Assembly (NCBI GenBank): GCA_964016885.1
Contig: OZ024743.1
Span: 164,982,001 to 165,046,000 of the forward strand
DNA from: Eledone cirrhosa
Taxonomy: Eukaryota
Reading direction: 5' to 3'
DNA: 64,000 nt
Part shown: positions 12,520 to 25,900 of the stretch, piece by piece
How the letters are laid out: the number at the start of each line of letters is the position of its first letter
Numbering within the stretch: position 1 is the stretch's first letter
Notes under the pieces: model-generated
What the model saw: the letters and a program-made list of their open reading frames with translations, nothing else
Database searches by the model: none
What the model was told of the DNA's origin: nothing
Made by a program: the position numbers and the translations under genes

Positions 12520-13110
12520 AATGAGCAGGCTAGCAAAAAGCACAGACTTCATATGTGAACCCTGTACAGGGGTAGTAGGCAAAGCCCTTCAGATAGCTGG
12601 CCCCTTCAATTGCACAGAAGACCCCATAGAAATAGTTGATAGCTTCTGCGAAGGTGGCTGTGTAGAAAGCACATTTGCTAACACCAAAAGGTCTCTCACT
12701 AAAGATAAAAGGCAAGTTGTACGATGCCTGGGTGCGCTCAGCAATGCTACATGGTAGTGAAACATGTACTCTGTGGAGACTGGAAAGAAACGAAGCCTAT
12801 ATGATTAGATGGATGTGTAACAGAAGTGTACATGAATGGCAAAATGTAAATGTATTAAGGGTGAAACTGGGCATAAGAGGAATCAAATGATGTATGCAGG
12901 AGAGATGACTGCAGTGGTATGGTCATATGATGTGCATGAAGAATGGCAGCTGCATAAAGAGGTGCAGTGCTTCAAAGGTTGCAGGAGGCACCACAAGAGG
13001 AAGATGTGGAATGAAACAATAAAGGTGGACCTGACTCAACTAAATCACCTGATGGGGATGACACAGGAGTGAATCCTCTGGCACTACAATGTTCAACAAA
13101 AGACCCGTTC
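12520..13110 (+). mobile_element. RTE-clade LINE 3' fragment, opposite orientation to its neighbour
   Basis: KGLSLKIKGKLYDAWVRSAMLHGSET...LERNEAYMIRWMC. Confidence 0.8.
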
Positions 13111-13179
13111 CAACAACTCAAAGCTGGACTCAGCTCAAAATGGCACTGTCCAGCCTTATACTGCAAATAAAGTCGATGG

Positions 13180-13640
13180 TTGGCCCACTAGGGATTCATC
13201 ACAGTCATCCAGTGTAGGGCTCCAGAAGTATGATTCCGCTGTGTGAGGGGTTCAGAATGGCCAACAGGCTTGTCCCTCCTCATAACAGTGTCATCCAGTT
13301 GTGAGCTCCGATGCTGTGGTTTCGCTTGTGCCGCTGTGGGATGGGTACGGTGTGGCCAACTGGCCTGTCACTCCTTATAGTGGTGTCATCCAGTCCGGGC
13401 TCCGAAACTGTGGTTCCACTGTGAAATGGGTTTAGTGAAGCCAACTAGCCTGTCCCTTCTCATAGTGGAATCACACAACATCCAACACCTGAACTGAAGG
13501 TCTGCCATGTGAAGGGTTCGGCACGGCCAACTGGCCTGTTCCTCATCAGAGTGGTGCCATCCAGTTCCAGGCTCCCAAAATGTCTAACCCATGCAAGCAT
13601 GGAAAAATGGATGCTAAACGATGATAATGATGATGATGAT
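13180..13640 (+). repeat. ~85-bp tandem minisatellite (about 5 units) ending in an RTE-like (GAT)n SINE tail
   Basis: Units GGCCAACTGGCCTGTC..CTCATAGTGGTGTCATCCAG..GGGCTCC start near 13182, 13259, 13354, 13439, 13525; the same unit occurs on the minus strand at ~5500-5640 and ~49640-49840. Confidence 0.75.
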
Positions 13641-13722
13641 CTTATTTAATGACTTTGAAAGGATGAAAAGTAAAATTGACCTCAGTGGTATTTGGACTCA
13701 AAAGGCAAAGACGCAGATCACA

Positions 13723-14053
13723 TAGTCTCAGGTCCCAAATAATAGAGGGGGGGGGGGGGATCTATAATTGTCACCCTTGATTTTTTTTAAAAAGCCACAA
13801 TTTGTCATTTAGTTTATATATTGAGACCCATCCTATTTATTGCATAACGTAAGGGATTTCTTGTAATGTTCTTTTTTTTTGTCATGTATAATGTTTTTTA
13901 ATGTCTAAAGAAAATTATCACAGGATATAAAATAAAATTTCGCCAGAGATAGATTAACAAAATTTAATAAACGGGATGGTGTGGGAGGGGGGGGGGGGGT
14001 ATGAAAAATTAATACGTAGGAGGGGTGAGACGATTATTTGAGACCAGTGAGTA
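13723..14053. mobile_element. TA-flanked Tc1/mariner-like MITE, TIR ~TACTCTCAGGTCCCAAATAAT
   Basis: TAGTCTCAGGTCCCAAATAAT ... ATTATTTGAGACCAGTGAGTA; related copies at 30064-30333 and 60191-60332. Confidence 0.65.
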
Positions 14054-14163
14054 CTGGAAGGCATTGTATCTGATGCTTTAATAACTCTGCCAATTCACCA
14101 CCTTACTACAAATTCATGGAATTGAATCAATATGATAAATCATTATCATTATTTCACAGCTAG

Positions 14164-14598
14164 GAGGGCAGTGGATTGACAGAATCATTAGGGTGTCAGG
14201 CAAAATACTTTGCAACATTTACTTATGGTTATTTGCATTCTGAATTCAAATCCCACCGAGGTCAACTTTGCCTTTCAACTTTGCAAGTTCAATATAAAAA
14301 AACAAAAGAAAAAAGTGCCAGTAAAGTAGTGGAGTCAATATGATTGACTTTCCCTTACCCTCAAAAGTGCTGGCTCTGTGTTGAAATTTAAAACCATTAT
14401 TTCATAGCTAGATAGGTGGATTGGCAGTATCGGTAGAGGGTCGGACGCCATGCTTAGCAGCAAAGAGTTACGGCCCTTTATGGTCTGAGTTCAAATCCCG
14501 CCAAGGTTAACTTTGCCTTTCATCCTTACGAGGTCGATAAAATAAAGTACCAGTAATGCACTGGGACAATTGTCAACCTTGTGCCAAAAGTAGAAATA
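14164..14598 (+). mobile_element. Two tandem tRNA-derived SINEs with a Nin/Deu-like central domain
   Basis: A-box TGGCAGTATCGG, B-box GAGTTCAAATCC, core GCCTTTCATCCTTACG(G/A)GGTCGATAAAATAAAGTACC; older copy 14164-14395, younger copy 14415-14598. Confidence 0.85.
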
Positions 14599-15814
14599 AT
14601 TATTTCATAGCTAGATAAGTTTTCAATGTTTAAAATCTATTCAATTGTGAAGCATGTTTTCACTAATAACAACACAATACGACACCTTTATTCATAAGTT
14701 TGCATAATCAAAATTGATATGGGTCTAACTTCTATATATCCATGGACTTTAACCTACTGATGAAGTAGTGGGAGCACAATCATGATACACAGTGTGTCCA
14801 GGACCTTTTCAACCTGGTAGAGCCCAGCACTTTCTCTGGGTCTGAGCAAAGCTGATTACTTCCAGAACAAGTGAAGGAGAGAAAGTGAGAAAGAAGGGTA
14901 GTAGAAAAATCAACCCAAGTACTAGACTGTTGCTTTGTGAAAGAGTTTAGCTAAATACCATAAGATAATTTGTCCAGCACTCTACCAATTCTGCAATAAA
15001 ACCCACACAACTGAGATTAACTCTTAACATCCTGTACTACATGAAACCACATTAGCAAAATATTCTTAAAAAGCATAACACAGCATTATGACTGCATCAC
15101 ATTAAAAATTTACTTTAATAATGCTGATTTTCAATGATCTGTACACTAGAAAAAATTATATAAACATTTGAATTAACAAACCCATTTTTAGATATTTTCT
15201 GTTAAATCATTAAGATAGACAGATAAGATAAATGAAAGCAAGCAAAGCTAATCAGTACGTTGTGAGTGAATGAATATCAACCTTACTAAGTAAAGGTTGA
15301 TTGTCTACAATTAGAAAGAACCAAATGAAGCAACTATCAGCTCTGTTTAGTAAAATCAATCTAAAAATCAGTCAAAACTCATAATAGGGAGGCCTCTGGA
15401 GCACAAGCTATCAAGAGAGACAACATAATCCCTCTATCCATTCCTTTGGTAGTAAGGATGGAACATATAACATAGATTAACCCTTCCATTGCCATATTTC
15501 TAATGAAAGACACTGCTTATGATTTTCAATTAATTTTGAAAATAATCAAAAATTTGGATGGATTTAGTAATAAAACTTTCTTAGAAGTAAACATTTCATT
15601 ACCATGTTTCTAATAATAAAACATATAGTAATATAAATAACTTTCTCATTATTAAGTTGGTGTTTGGAGCATAAATCTTTTCAGATAAAATTATGATGGA
15701 AGATTTTTAGATAAATATAAACACTTTAGAATAAACAGTTATTAATATATAACATAGAACCAGGTGCTTTTTAAGAGATTTGGAATCAAAAGGATAAATA
15801 TTTGTCTCACACTA

Positions 15815-16100
15815 AGGACAATAGATTGGTAGAGAATCTTCATGTTGTGAGTTCAAACTCTTGGGCAGGACACTTTACTTTCAGTTCACTCAGCTGGAAA
15901 AAATGATTTGCATCAACACTGATGCCAAGCTGTATGAGCCTTTATCTTTCCATTAGACAACATTGATGGCATAGAGAAGGAAGATTGGCATGCACGGCTG
16001 ACTGCTGATCTTCCACAAAATACCTTGTCCAGGCTTGTGCCTTGGAGAGGAACTTTCCAGGTAGAAACCAAGGATTAGTCATAATCGAAGGGAGCCATTA
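15815..16100 (+). mobile_element. tRNA-headed SINE with a Ceph-domain-like body
   Basis: B-box-like GTGAGTTCAAACTC; body GCTGTATGAGCCTTTATCTTTCC...GACTGCTGATCTTCC...CTTGTCCAGGCTTGTGCCTTGGAGAGG; related minus-strand copy at ~17680-18010. Family assignment is from memory. Confidence 0.5.
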
Positions 16101-16699
16101 ATGTGTGTTTGAAGCTATGTATATATGTATGTGTATTTGAATGTGTTCTAAGATAATATATACATAAATAAGACTGTTATTGCTCCAATCAGTCTACTCA
16201 CCCTCAGCAAATACCTTAATCTGAACACCAACCTGTATCCATGATTCTTGACAAACTAACTCTACTCACCCTCCAAATTTGTCAAATCATATATGAATCC
16301 CCTATTCTCCCAAACTCGGCTTATGTAACCAGACTTTAATAGCCACCTATTGGGAAAATAGACATTATCAAGCTGCAGCTTGACCATATGTATGATCATT
16401 GTTATATATATGTAAAAGTGTGCATGTATGTTAGCAATGACTATGTAACTGAAAGACTCGGTGTGTGTGAGAGAGAATGGTGGGATTATATGAGAACATA
16501 TATGACATGTTTCAGGACAAGTGAAAGGAAGACTGAGCCAGAGTAAGGGTGTGTGAGGGTATGTGTGCATGCTTGTGTGTGTATGTGTTCTTGTGAAAGT
16601 GAGTATAGATGTGCGTGTTAATACATGCACATGCATACAAGAGATGCAGCAGAAGAGAAAGTAAGAGAGAAAGTGAGATAGAGAAAGAGAGAGTTTATA

Positions 16700-16738
16700 A
16701 TAATGATGATGATGATAATGGTGATGATTGTGATGACA

Positions 16739-16769
<31 letters not shown>

Positions 16770-16985
16770 CAATAATGATGGTAATGGTGGTGGTATTGAT
16801 GCCAATAATGGTGGTGATGGTGATGATGATAATGACTATGACAATGAGGGTGGTGATGGTGATGATGACAATGAGGGTGGTGATGGTGATGATGATAAGG
16901 ATGGTGGTGATAATTATGATAATGACAATGATGATAATGATAATGCTAATGTTGAGTATGGTGATGATGGTGGTGATAAAATAGA
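16700..16985. repeat. Compound (GAT/GGT/AAT)n trinucleotide microsatellite
   Basis: Directly visible; gives spurious poly-D, poly-M and poly-I ORFs. Confidence 0.95.
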
Positions 16986-19571
16986 TGGTATAAAAAGAAC
17001 TAAGAAGCAAGATAATGAGCTATGTTTTGGCTAAGTATGAATAATGTTATATATATATTTTATCAACTGATGTCCTGATAAAACAGCAAACATGCATGTA
17101 CACACACATATACATACACACACACATATACATACTCATACACATAATCACACACATACATATACATAATCATATAAACACACATTTACACACATGCATA
17201 CCCAATATAGATACACACACACACACACATGCATACCACATATATAAAACATCCACACACAAAAACACATAATCGCATTAACACACACACACCACATACA
17301 CGCATACAAACACATCCACACAAAAGACATATACACGTATGTAAACACACTGACAGATATACACTAAACACACCCCATACACAGGCACACAACCCCCCCC
17401 CCCCACACACACACATAATGGAAGGAATAATTGATTAGGGCCCTGGTCATCATTTTCAATTCAGTAAAGCTACATGATTGATTTATTCAAAAACTATAAA
17501 ACACAAAGACATCATCATCATGACATACACTACTACCACTATCATCATCATCATCACCACTAACATTACCATCACAACACCACATGAACATGATTGATAC
17601 TACCACCACTGTCATCATCACCACCACTAACATTACCATCATAACACCATATCAATATGATTTAGAAAAAGAAGGAAAGGGTGTCCTTTTGTCATGACTG
17701 TCCCTGTGTTTATACTGACTGACTAACCATGGGTTTACCTCTCTCAGGCACAAGCGTGACCAGTGTTTTGTGGAAAACCAGTAATCACCCATGTCTCCTC
17801 TCTCCATGATAGTAATGTTGTCGAAGAGAAAAGCAAAGGTTGATACAGCTTAACACTAGTATTGTTGTAACTCATTTTTTTCCCGTTGAGTGGACTAGAG
17901 TCACATTAAATAAGATGTCTTGCTAAAGTACATAACACATTGGCTGATTCCAGTATGGAAATCACAACTTTACACTCATGAGCCTAACACCCTAATCACT
18001 AAGCCACGTATCATCATCAATATAACCATCACTCCAGCTATCAGTGTCTTTACTACCATCATCAGCAGCAGCACCTCCTATTAACATCAACAAAACCATC
18101 ATCACCATACAAGGGGGTCTTTATCTAGTTGGTTGGCATGTGAGAAATAGCAGCCAAATTTTCCTCAAAGCACTCTGCGGTCTTAAACAAGTGGAAGGGA
18201 ACATGTGTTCCACACAATGTAGTCCTGATGATACATTAAATCTTAACATCCTGTAATGATTCAGCAAAAAGATTTTAAAACATGTTTGTTAATCAAAATG
18301 TTTATAGTATCTTTACTACTGTAGTGATCAGTGAAAAATTTGCAGTATAGAATAAAGATTTAAATTTTTAATGTGATGTAGACATAGTGCTGTTTTGTCC
18401 TTTACAAGAATATCTTACTAATGTGGTTTCATGTGGTACAGGAAGTAAAAAAATAAACAAAACCAGGATGGCCATGACTTCAATGAATTTGAATATAGGC
18501 CAGCTCCATCAGAGCAGTCACAGGACTAAGTAACATCATCATCACCAACATCCTCACCATTTTTATTGTTATTATTATTATCAAATAATGCACTGGGATA
18601 ATTGCTGGCCTTCTGCCAAAAGTAGAAACAATTATTATCAAATCATCAGTGTGACTATCATTATCCCCATAGCTTCTGTTAAGAAAAGATTGAAACACCC
18701 AGGTATATTAGTGAAGCAGGAACTTTTACAGATGAACACAAAATCAAATTTGAAACTGATTCCCTGGGGATTCTATTCTCTCATGACTATATAGTTAGTT
18801 TTAAAACTATCTTCCTTAACAGGAAACCACTGCATTATATCTATTTGCCTATCTATAATATCATTTATACAAGGAAGTCATTGGAAAGTCATGAGAAAAA
18901 TGTTCAAGTTTAAAAGAAAATTATATTAAACCTTTTGTTATCATATTTCTAATGAAAAACATTGTTTTGCGAATAATTTTGAAAATAATCTAGAATTTGA
19001 AAAGATTTAGTAAAATAACTCATTATTTAGTTGGCATTTATGAATACAATATTGAAGGTATGAAGAAAAAAAGAGTAAAATAATAAGAGACAGCTATTCA
19101 TTAAGTATGGAAGGTTCAAACTCTATGCTCTTGGATGAGCAGTATAATTCAGCTGTGCCCCAAGGAGAAGATGGCAAAAGCATTGCCAAGGAAAACAGCC
19201 AGCAACACCAGTTACTTGAACCATTCCACCTCATGAAGCTGCTTCCTCAAAAAGGATCAGTCCTCTCAATTTTGCAGAAGAAAATGTCAGCCTGGAGACC
19301 AATGACACCAGAGATCTTGACGGCAGCCAACATGAAAAGGAAGCAGTTGGTCAAATTCTGGTATTTATTTATCTTCTGCTACTCTGCAATGCAAGGTTCT
19401 TAGTTAAAATTATGATGGAAGGGTTTTTAGATATAAACTCTTCCAAATAAACAGCTTTAGTATCATATAACAAGAACCAGTTTCAGAATTAACTATTTCA
19501 TTATGAAAGACACTACCTGTGATTTTCAAGTAATTTTCAAAATAATAAGAATTTGAAGGGATTTAGTAATA

Positions 19572-19660
19572 TACTGTATATACTCAAATATAATCCAACC
19601 CGCATATTTTATGTCTGAGAAATGGGCAAAAATAAAACTCCTATTTATAAGCCAAGACAG
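19572..19660 (+). mobile_element. Single pogo/mariner-type TIR remnant
   Basis: TA-CTGTATATACTCAAATATAATCCAACCC resembles the CCGTATATACTCGAGTATAAGCCGAC-type TIR; no partner TIR found. Confidence 0.45.
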
Positions 19661-20218
19661 CTAATCAAAACATTAAGGTGCAGTTTTGAAATTCTCATGA
19701 GTGGAAAAAATATTTACAAAGTTTTAATATTTTGATATTTAAAATGTATTTTTTTATAATTAGAAAATAAAAAAACATAGGAAAATTCTAAATTAATCTA
19801 TATATATATAAAACTGAGGTTGTCTGTCTGTCTGTCTACTAAAACGGTCGGCACACGTCTCCTCCTAACCGTTCGTTCAAATTTCGGTGAAATTGCTACA
19901 CTTATGGATGAAGGTCCGGCGGAGACATCGGTAAAAAAAATGTTCAAATCGACCCACGCCAAGTGCAAAAGTCGAATTTGTAATGTATTGATTTTTCAGT
20001 TCAATTGTATAAATAGAGATGAGAGACGAGTTATTTCCCTTTTATGGCGTCATTCTGTTTACCTATTTACATTATGAACAAACTACGCGTGCAAAGGTAC
20101 AAAAATACGCAAACAGTTTTCGGGCCAGCAAAATTTTAACCTGCAAAATTCATGAGTTCGAAGTTTCAACATTAAGCTTCCATTTTGCTTCATTTCCATT
20201 AAAAAGTCTTTTAAAACA

Positions 20219-20480
20219 ATATTTCAGCGCATCAGCCTCGCCATCACCCGAGGCAACGCTGCGAGTGTGCTGGCTTGCCTCAAAAATCATTAGAGAGGTT
20301 GCCCAGTACTCGCGACGTTGCTGTCTTTTGCTCTGGTGTTGGCTCCGTTGTTCACCCCTTCCTTTACATTTTCTTTAAAATTGTAGCATTGAAGGAATAT
20401 ACCTTTCATTGTATCATCCTTTGTAGTGTTACCGAGGCATTTGTAATGTTATTTATGTATATATTTAAAACATATTTGTT
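20219..20480 (+). mobile_element. CRE-like (REL endonuclease) LINE 3' end inside the Helitron
   Basis: IFQRISLAITRGNAASVLACLKNH*; homologous to the minus-strand copy at 57230-57560. Confidence 0.65.
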
Positions 20481-21259
20481 ATGTTATTCTACTGTAAATT
20501 TATTTATATGCTGTTTATATTTTCATTCTCACTACTCTAAAAAATCTATGAAACTACATACATGTTGCAACTCTCTCTCTATATATATATCACACACACA
20601 CACATATACATATACATCTAAAGAGAGAAAGGGAGATGTAGAGAGAGAGAGTGAGATAGGTCGTTATACAGAGAGAGGTACAAGATAATCAGATAGAGAG
20701 ACAGAGAGAGAGAGAGAGAATGGCGACAAACGCTGGTTCACACACACACAAACACACACAAACACATATATATAAAGACAGAGAGAGAGAGAGAGAGAGA
20801 TCTGCACGTTCTTTATTGTTCTCCATTCTGTAGAGGAAGAGAGAGAGGGGAGTATGAGAGAGAGAGAGGGTATGAGAAAAAAGCGAGAGGGGTTGAGAAA
20901 GAAAGTTTAAGCAAAGAATCGCTGCTTTCAACATTAACGGGATCTTCTAAAACTAAAAAATTTAATCTGTGAACGCCAAATTAAATATTTCAAGAAACGT
21001 TCCAACCGAAGGAAAACAGGAAGACGATATTTTGGTTCGTGAAGACTTCCCTGGTAATGAACGGAAAAAAAGCGAGGATAATATGTCATTATGTGGATCG
21101 AGAAGAACAATTTCATACAAAGACGAGACCAAGTTTATGGTGTAAATGGAGTCGTTAGACTAATATTCTATTTAAAATAACCGAATGATTTCCAGCCCCG
21201 GAGTTTAAGAATGATGTAAATAAAATTGTAAACGAAAATGACAGAGGTTATTAAAATAG

Positions 21260-21372
21260 TTGTTTCTACTTTTGGCACAAGGCCAGCAATCACTCAGTAC
21301 ATTACTGGTACTTTATTTTATCGACCCCATACGGATGAAAGGCAAAGTTAACCTCGACGGGATTTTAACTTT
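21260..21372 (-). mobile_element. Truncated Nin/Deu-like SINE
   Basis: Reverse complement of the SINE core and tail; other minus-strand remnants at ~6660-6870, 7160-7235, 47880-48100. Confidence 0.75.
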
Positions 21373-22291
21373 GCCTTAAAATAGTAAATGTAAATAGTGA
21401 AGAATTAGGCCAGTACATATGTATACGCCAACGGACATACACATACATATACATACGCACACTCAAATACACACGCGCACACACACACACGCGCGTGTGT
21501 GTGTAAACCTTATGCATTTCTACTATATTTTCACCAAGCTTAATAGGTTACTTATGTACTCCGGATGGTCATGGGCATTTCATTTTTCCAGATATTGATT
21601 ATAGGGCCTCCCGGCAGATAACCCCCTTTAACCACTTCCTTGGAGTCGACTGAAGCACTGCAGTGCAATGCAACAAAACGTCATAACTTCTGGAGTTTGC
21701 AACCGATTTTCACAAAACTTGACACATGGGCTACGTTTGTCCTACAGATGAATGTCAACTCTCAGAATTGGCAGATATTGAGTAGGGGACTCCTGGGGGC
21801 AGGAACCCCCTTTTGGAAAAAGCCGATGATTTTGTAAAAGTATAGTTTTCCAAGCAGCACTGAAGTATTGACATAAATGGTATACATAACTGGTATTTAA
21901 TACCCGAGCAATGCCGGGTACCTCTGCTAGTATAATATAAAGAAATGGAGATATATTTTCTGTTTAAGGTATTATTTAAAAAAAAGATCTTTAACCATTA
22001 CGGAGATCATTAAAAACACTAAAATATCAAAATAAATAAGGAACACTGAGAACACTGTGTAAGGATTCAGAGTAGAAGGGGGAGGAAGAGACAGCAAGTG
22101 AGAGAGAGGAGAGACAGAGCCAGAAAAAGAGAGGGTGTGAGCAAGAGAAGGGAGAGAGAGAGCAAGCAAAATAAAATGAAATAAGATTGAAAGAAAAAAA
22201 AAATTAAATCACAGAGAAAAAGTTTGCATGAGTGTGTTTATGTGTATGTGCATGCATGTGCTTGTATGCATATATGTGTAGGGGATATTTA

Positions 22292-24775
22292 ATCATCATC
22301 ATTTTACGTCTGCTTTTCCCTGCTTGCAAGGGTGGGACGGGTCTTATTCAGCACAGCATCTCTCCACTTGTCACGGTCCTTCGTCATCTCCACCGTGAGC
22401 TTCAGCGATCTGAGGTCTGTTCTCACCACCTCCGCCCATGTTTTTCGTGGTCTACCTCTACCACGTCTTCCTTCAACTGGCATTTCCTGGCACTTCTTCA
22501 CCCATCGGTCATCTTCCATGCGCATCACATGTCCATACCACCGCAGTCTCCTCTCTTGCACAGTACATTCTATCCCTCTCAGACACAGTTTCTCTCTCAA
22601 CACATCCATGCTGGGTTGTTCACACACATTGACATTGCACATCCAACGGAGCATGCTTGCCTCATTTCTCTCCAGCCGTCGCATATCCTCTGCAGTTGCT
22701 GCCCAAGTCTCACTACCATGCAGCATCGCGCTCCTCACACAGGCATCATATAACCGGCCTTTCGTACGCAGGGAGAAACCCTTCTTCATCAGCAGAGGAA
22801 GCAGCTCCCTAAACTTCTTCCAACCGTCCTTATTCTAGATACTATGGCCTCGGAAACACCCCCTCCCATTCTAATCTGATCTCCTAGGTATCGGAAGCTA
22901 TCCACCATTTCTATAGCACCCACCTGCATTTGAAAAATGTGTCTATCAATGCGACTTCTACTGTCTAATTTCCCTGTACATCTACACGTATTTCTCCCTA
23001 CCTGTTAGTTTGCCTGCTATCCCACTACATCTCTTGAGTACCCAGGATCTGCATTGTGTGCATTTTATAGAATTTATGCCAGTTCCTTTTCTGCATATCG
23101 AACATGGCCATTTCCCTGACGGAATCAGAGTATTGTCCTCTCTTCTACTCATCAACACTTTTGTCTTAGCTAGGTTCACTCTCAGTCCTCTTGCTTCCAA
23201 CTGCTGTTTCCATAGCCAGAATTTATTCTCTAGCTCCTCTACTGATTCTGCTATAAGAACCAGATCGTCAGCATAGAGAAGTTACCATGGACAGCCAGTC
23301 TTAAACTCTTCTGTTATGGCTTGGAGGACTATAATGAACAAGAGCGGGCTGAGGACCGAACCTCGATGTACTCCTACTTGTATCTGGAATTCCTCACTAA
23401 ACTCCATTCCTACCCTGACTTTACTGACAGCACCTCTGTACAAAGTTTGCACTGTCCTCACAAGCCATTCCTCAACACCTAGTTTCCTTAGAGACCACCA
23501 GATGACAGATCGGGGTACCCTATCAAAGGCCTTCTTTAGGTCAACAAAGGCTAAGTATAGTGGCTTATTCTTCTCTAAGAACCTCTCTTGTAATTGTCTC
23601 ACCAAGAAGAGGGCATATGTTGTACTTTTCCCAGGCACAAAACCAAACTGCATCTCATCTAGTTTGACCCTTTCTCTAATTAGTTGTGTTAATATCCTTT
23701 CTGCCACTTTTATAACCTGATCCATCAGTTTTATACCCCTATAATTGCTCCTCTCCAGAGCATCCCCTTTACCTTTGTAGCAATTTATGTGAATACTGCT
23801 GCACCAGTCTTTGGGTATGACACCACCATATATAGCCTGATTGATGATGCGTGCAACCAGTTTAGTGCCTACGTCCCCTGATGCCTTCAGTTATTATCTA
23901 TGTCATGCGATTCTAAATCGTCTTTTTTTTCGTCATACACATCTTGAAGGGCTTTCCTAAATTTGTATTTTAGTGAAAGGTCTTTTAGCTTCCAGACCTT
24001 TCTTCTCTACACCTACCTGTATGTCTCATTCCATCTCTTACCTACTGAGATATCACTAATGACTAACCTATGCTGTGGGGTACATTCTTCCCCAGGGTAT
24101 GCCTTGGTATCTGACACCATCTGACTATTAAGAAGTCAATCTGGCTTATGTGCTCACCTGATTTCTAGGTTATTAGGTGGTTGGCAGGTTTCTGGAAGTT
24201 AGTGTTGCAAATAGTCAGTGTACTTGCATCACAAAATTCAAGAAGTCTCACTTCTTGAGCCATAACCATGCCCACCATGTACCCCAGTGTAACCATCCTG
24301 GAGCTGTCCAACATGACCATTGAAGTCCCCTGCTAGCATAATAATGTCTCTGTCCTATGTCATTGCGGTTGTTTGTAAAAGTTGCTCATAAAAGCAATTT
24401 TTCTCTTCTTAACCTAGGCCTGCTTGGGGAGCATAGGCAGAGATGATTGTCAGTAGTCTCTTGCCTACAACTAATCTAAGCTTAATTATTCGATTATTAA
24501 CTCAAACTACCTCTATTGTCTTATTGATTCATCTCTCAGTCAGGAAAATGTCTACTCCCCCTAACCCATCATCCTTTCCTACCCAGAAAAGCTTATAACT
24601 AAGATATTTGCCTGTGATTAGTCTCGCAGAGGCACCTCTCCATCTCACCTCTTGCACGCAGCACACATCCACATGCCTTCTCTCCAGCATCTCCGCTATT
24701 TCACCAGATCTACCTGTGAGAGTGCCAACATTAAGTGTGGCAACTCTGAGATGCGACGTCTTCATATTTTGTTGT
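22292..24775 (-). mobile_element. RTE-clade LINE retaining both ends with an internal deletion (APE endonuclease + RT)
   Basis: LRVATLNVGTLTGR...CCVQEVRWRG (APE start), AYAPQ, GDFNGHVG, DLKKAFDRVPR, GSVLSPLLF, RRLRWYGHVMR, GRGRPRKTW, (GAT)n tail at 22292-22302. Confidence 0.92.
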
Positions 24776-25299
24776 TCCTATATATTTGTTGCTGTGCTCA
24801 TAATTGTTTTGGCATTGATACACTGGTTGGATGCCCTTCCTAACACCAGTGCCACTTTACAGCATGGACTGGGTGCTTTTATTCATGCCACCAGCACTAG
24901 AGAGGATGTCTTACTGGACTCATGGGCCCTCTCTACCCCTCCTTTTTACAGCATGGTAATAACAAAAAAAAAAAAAAAAAACACCACTTATTGACACTCA
25001 CGGCACACACACACACTCACTCACACACCAACACTCATGCATACAAACACTCACACGCCACACACACACATACATATATTACCGTCAGTACTGATACAAG
25101 ATCATGTCAACTGTTGACTTTTACAGTTCAGTATTTTTATAAAAATAATATAATTGTTTGCTTTACAGCATAGAGCAACGGCCCTCCACACTCCGGGCAC
25201 AAAAACAAGACACCAGCAATGCGCTGGGACAATTGCTGCCCCGTGCCAAGAACAGAATAGTTATTACTATTATTATAGTTGTTTTCTTCTTCTTAAGGC

Positions 25300-25493
25300 C
25301 TGATCGCTGGTGATGGTGGTGGTGGTGGATAGTGATGGCAGTTGTTGTTGTTGTTGTTGTTGCTGCTGCTGCTGCTGCCGTTGTTGTTCATTTCACTGAT
25401 GCTGCTGACAATGGTGTTGTTGCTGTTGTTGTTATTGTTGCTGTTGTTATAGTCGCTGGGTTGAAATTTGGTCACTTCGCGTGTGTGATATAT

Positions 25494-25529
<36 letters not shown>

Positions 25530-25687
25530 CTATATATATATATATATATACACATATATACATACATACACACACACATTCAACACAGACAATGGTGTTG
25601 TTGCTGTTGTTGGTGTTGCAGTTGCTGTTGTTGTTGTTGTAGTTGCTGTTGTTGTTGCTGTGTTGAAATCTGGTCACATCGACTGAG

Positions 25688-25768
<81 letters not shown>

Positions 25769-25900
25769 TTCAACACAGAGATAGGAGTTTAGCGACAGGT
25801 CAGTTATATATATATATATATATACACACACACATTCAACACAGAGATAGGAGTTTGACAACAGGTCAGACATCTTAGTGTAGATAGGGTAATGACTTAT
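25300..25900. repeat. Compound (GTT/GCT)n, (TA)n, (CA)n microsatellite block with local duplications
   Basis: Directly visible; CACACATTCAACACAGA repeated three times. Confidence 0.9.

Larger units (their letters stand above)
19797..21930 (+). mobile_element. Non-autonomous Helitron
   Basis: 5' A|TCTATATATATATAAAA with (GTCT)n just inside; 3' hairpin TACCCG-AGCAATGC-CGGGTA (21901-21920) followed by CTAG|T at 21927-21931; inserted between A and T with no TSD. Confidence 0.85.

Noticed and set aside
16190-16400. Two GAGG|GTGAGT donor-like sites and a short open frame on the minus strand
   Set aside because: CCDC22 is already contiguous between exons 32068 and 7840, the peptide resembles nothing recognisable, and no convincing acceptor was identified.
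16609-17034. Acidic Asp/Gly-rich 141-aa ORF and overlapping poly-Met and poly-Ile ORFs
   Set aside because: Translation of a (GAT/GGT)n microsatellite; open in several frames, no splice or homology support.
19107-19403. 98-aa ORF
   Set aside because: No recognisable domain; interrupts a MITE and is probably a decayed LINE fragment.
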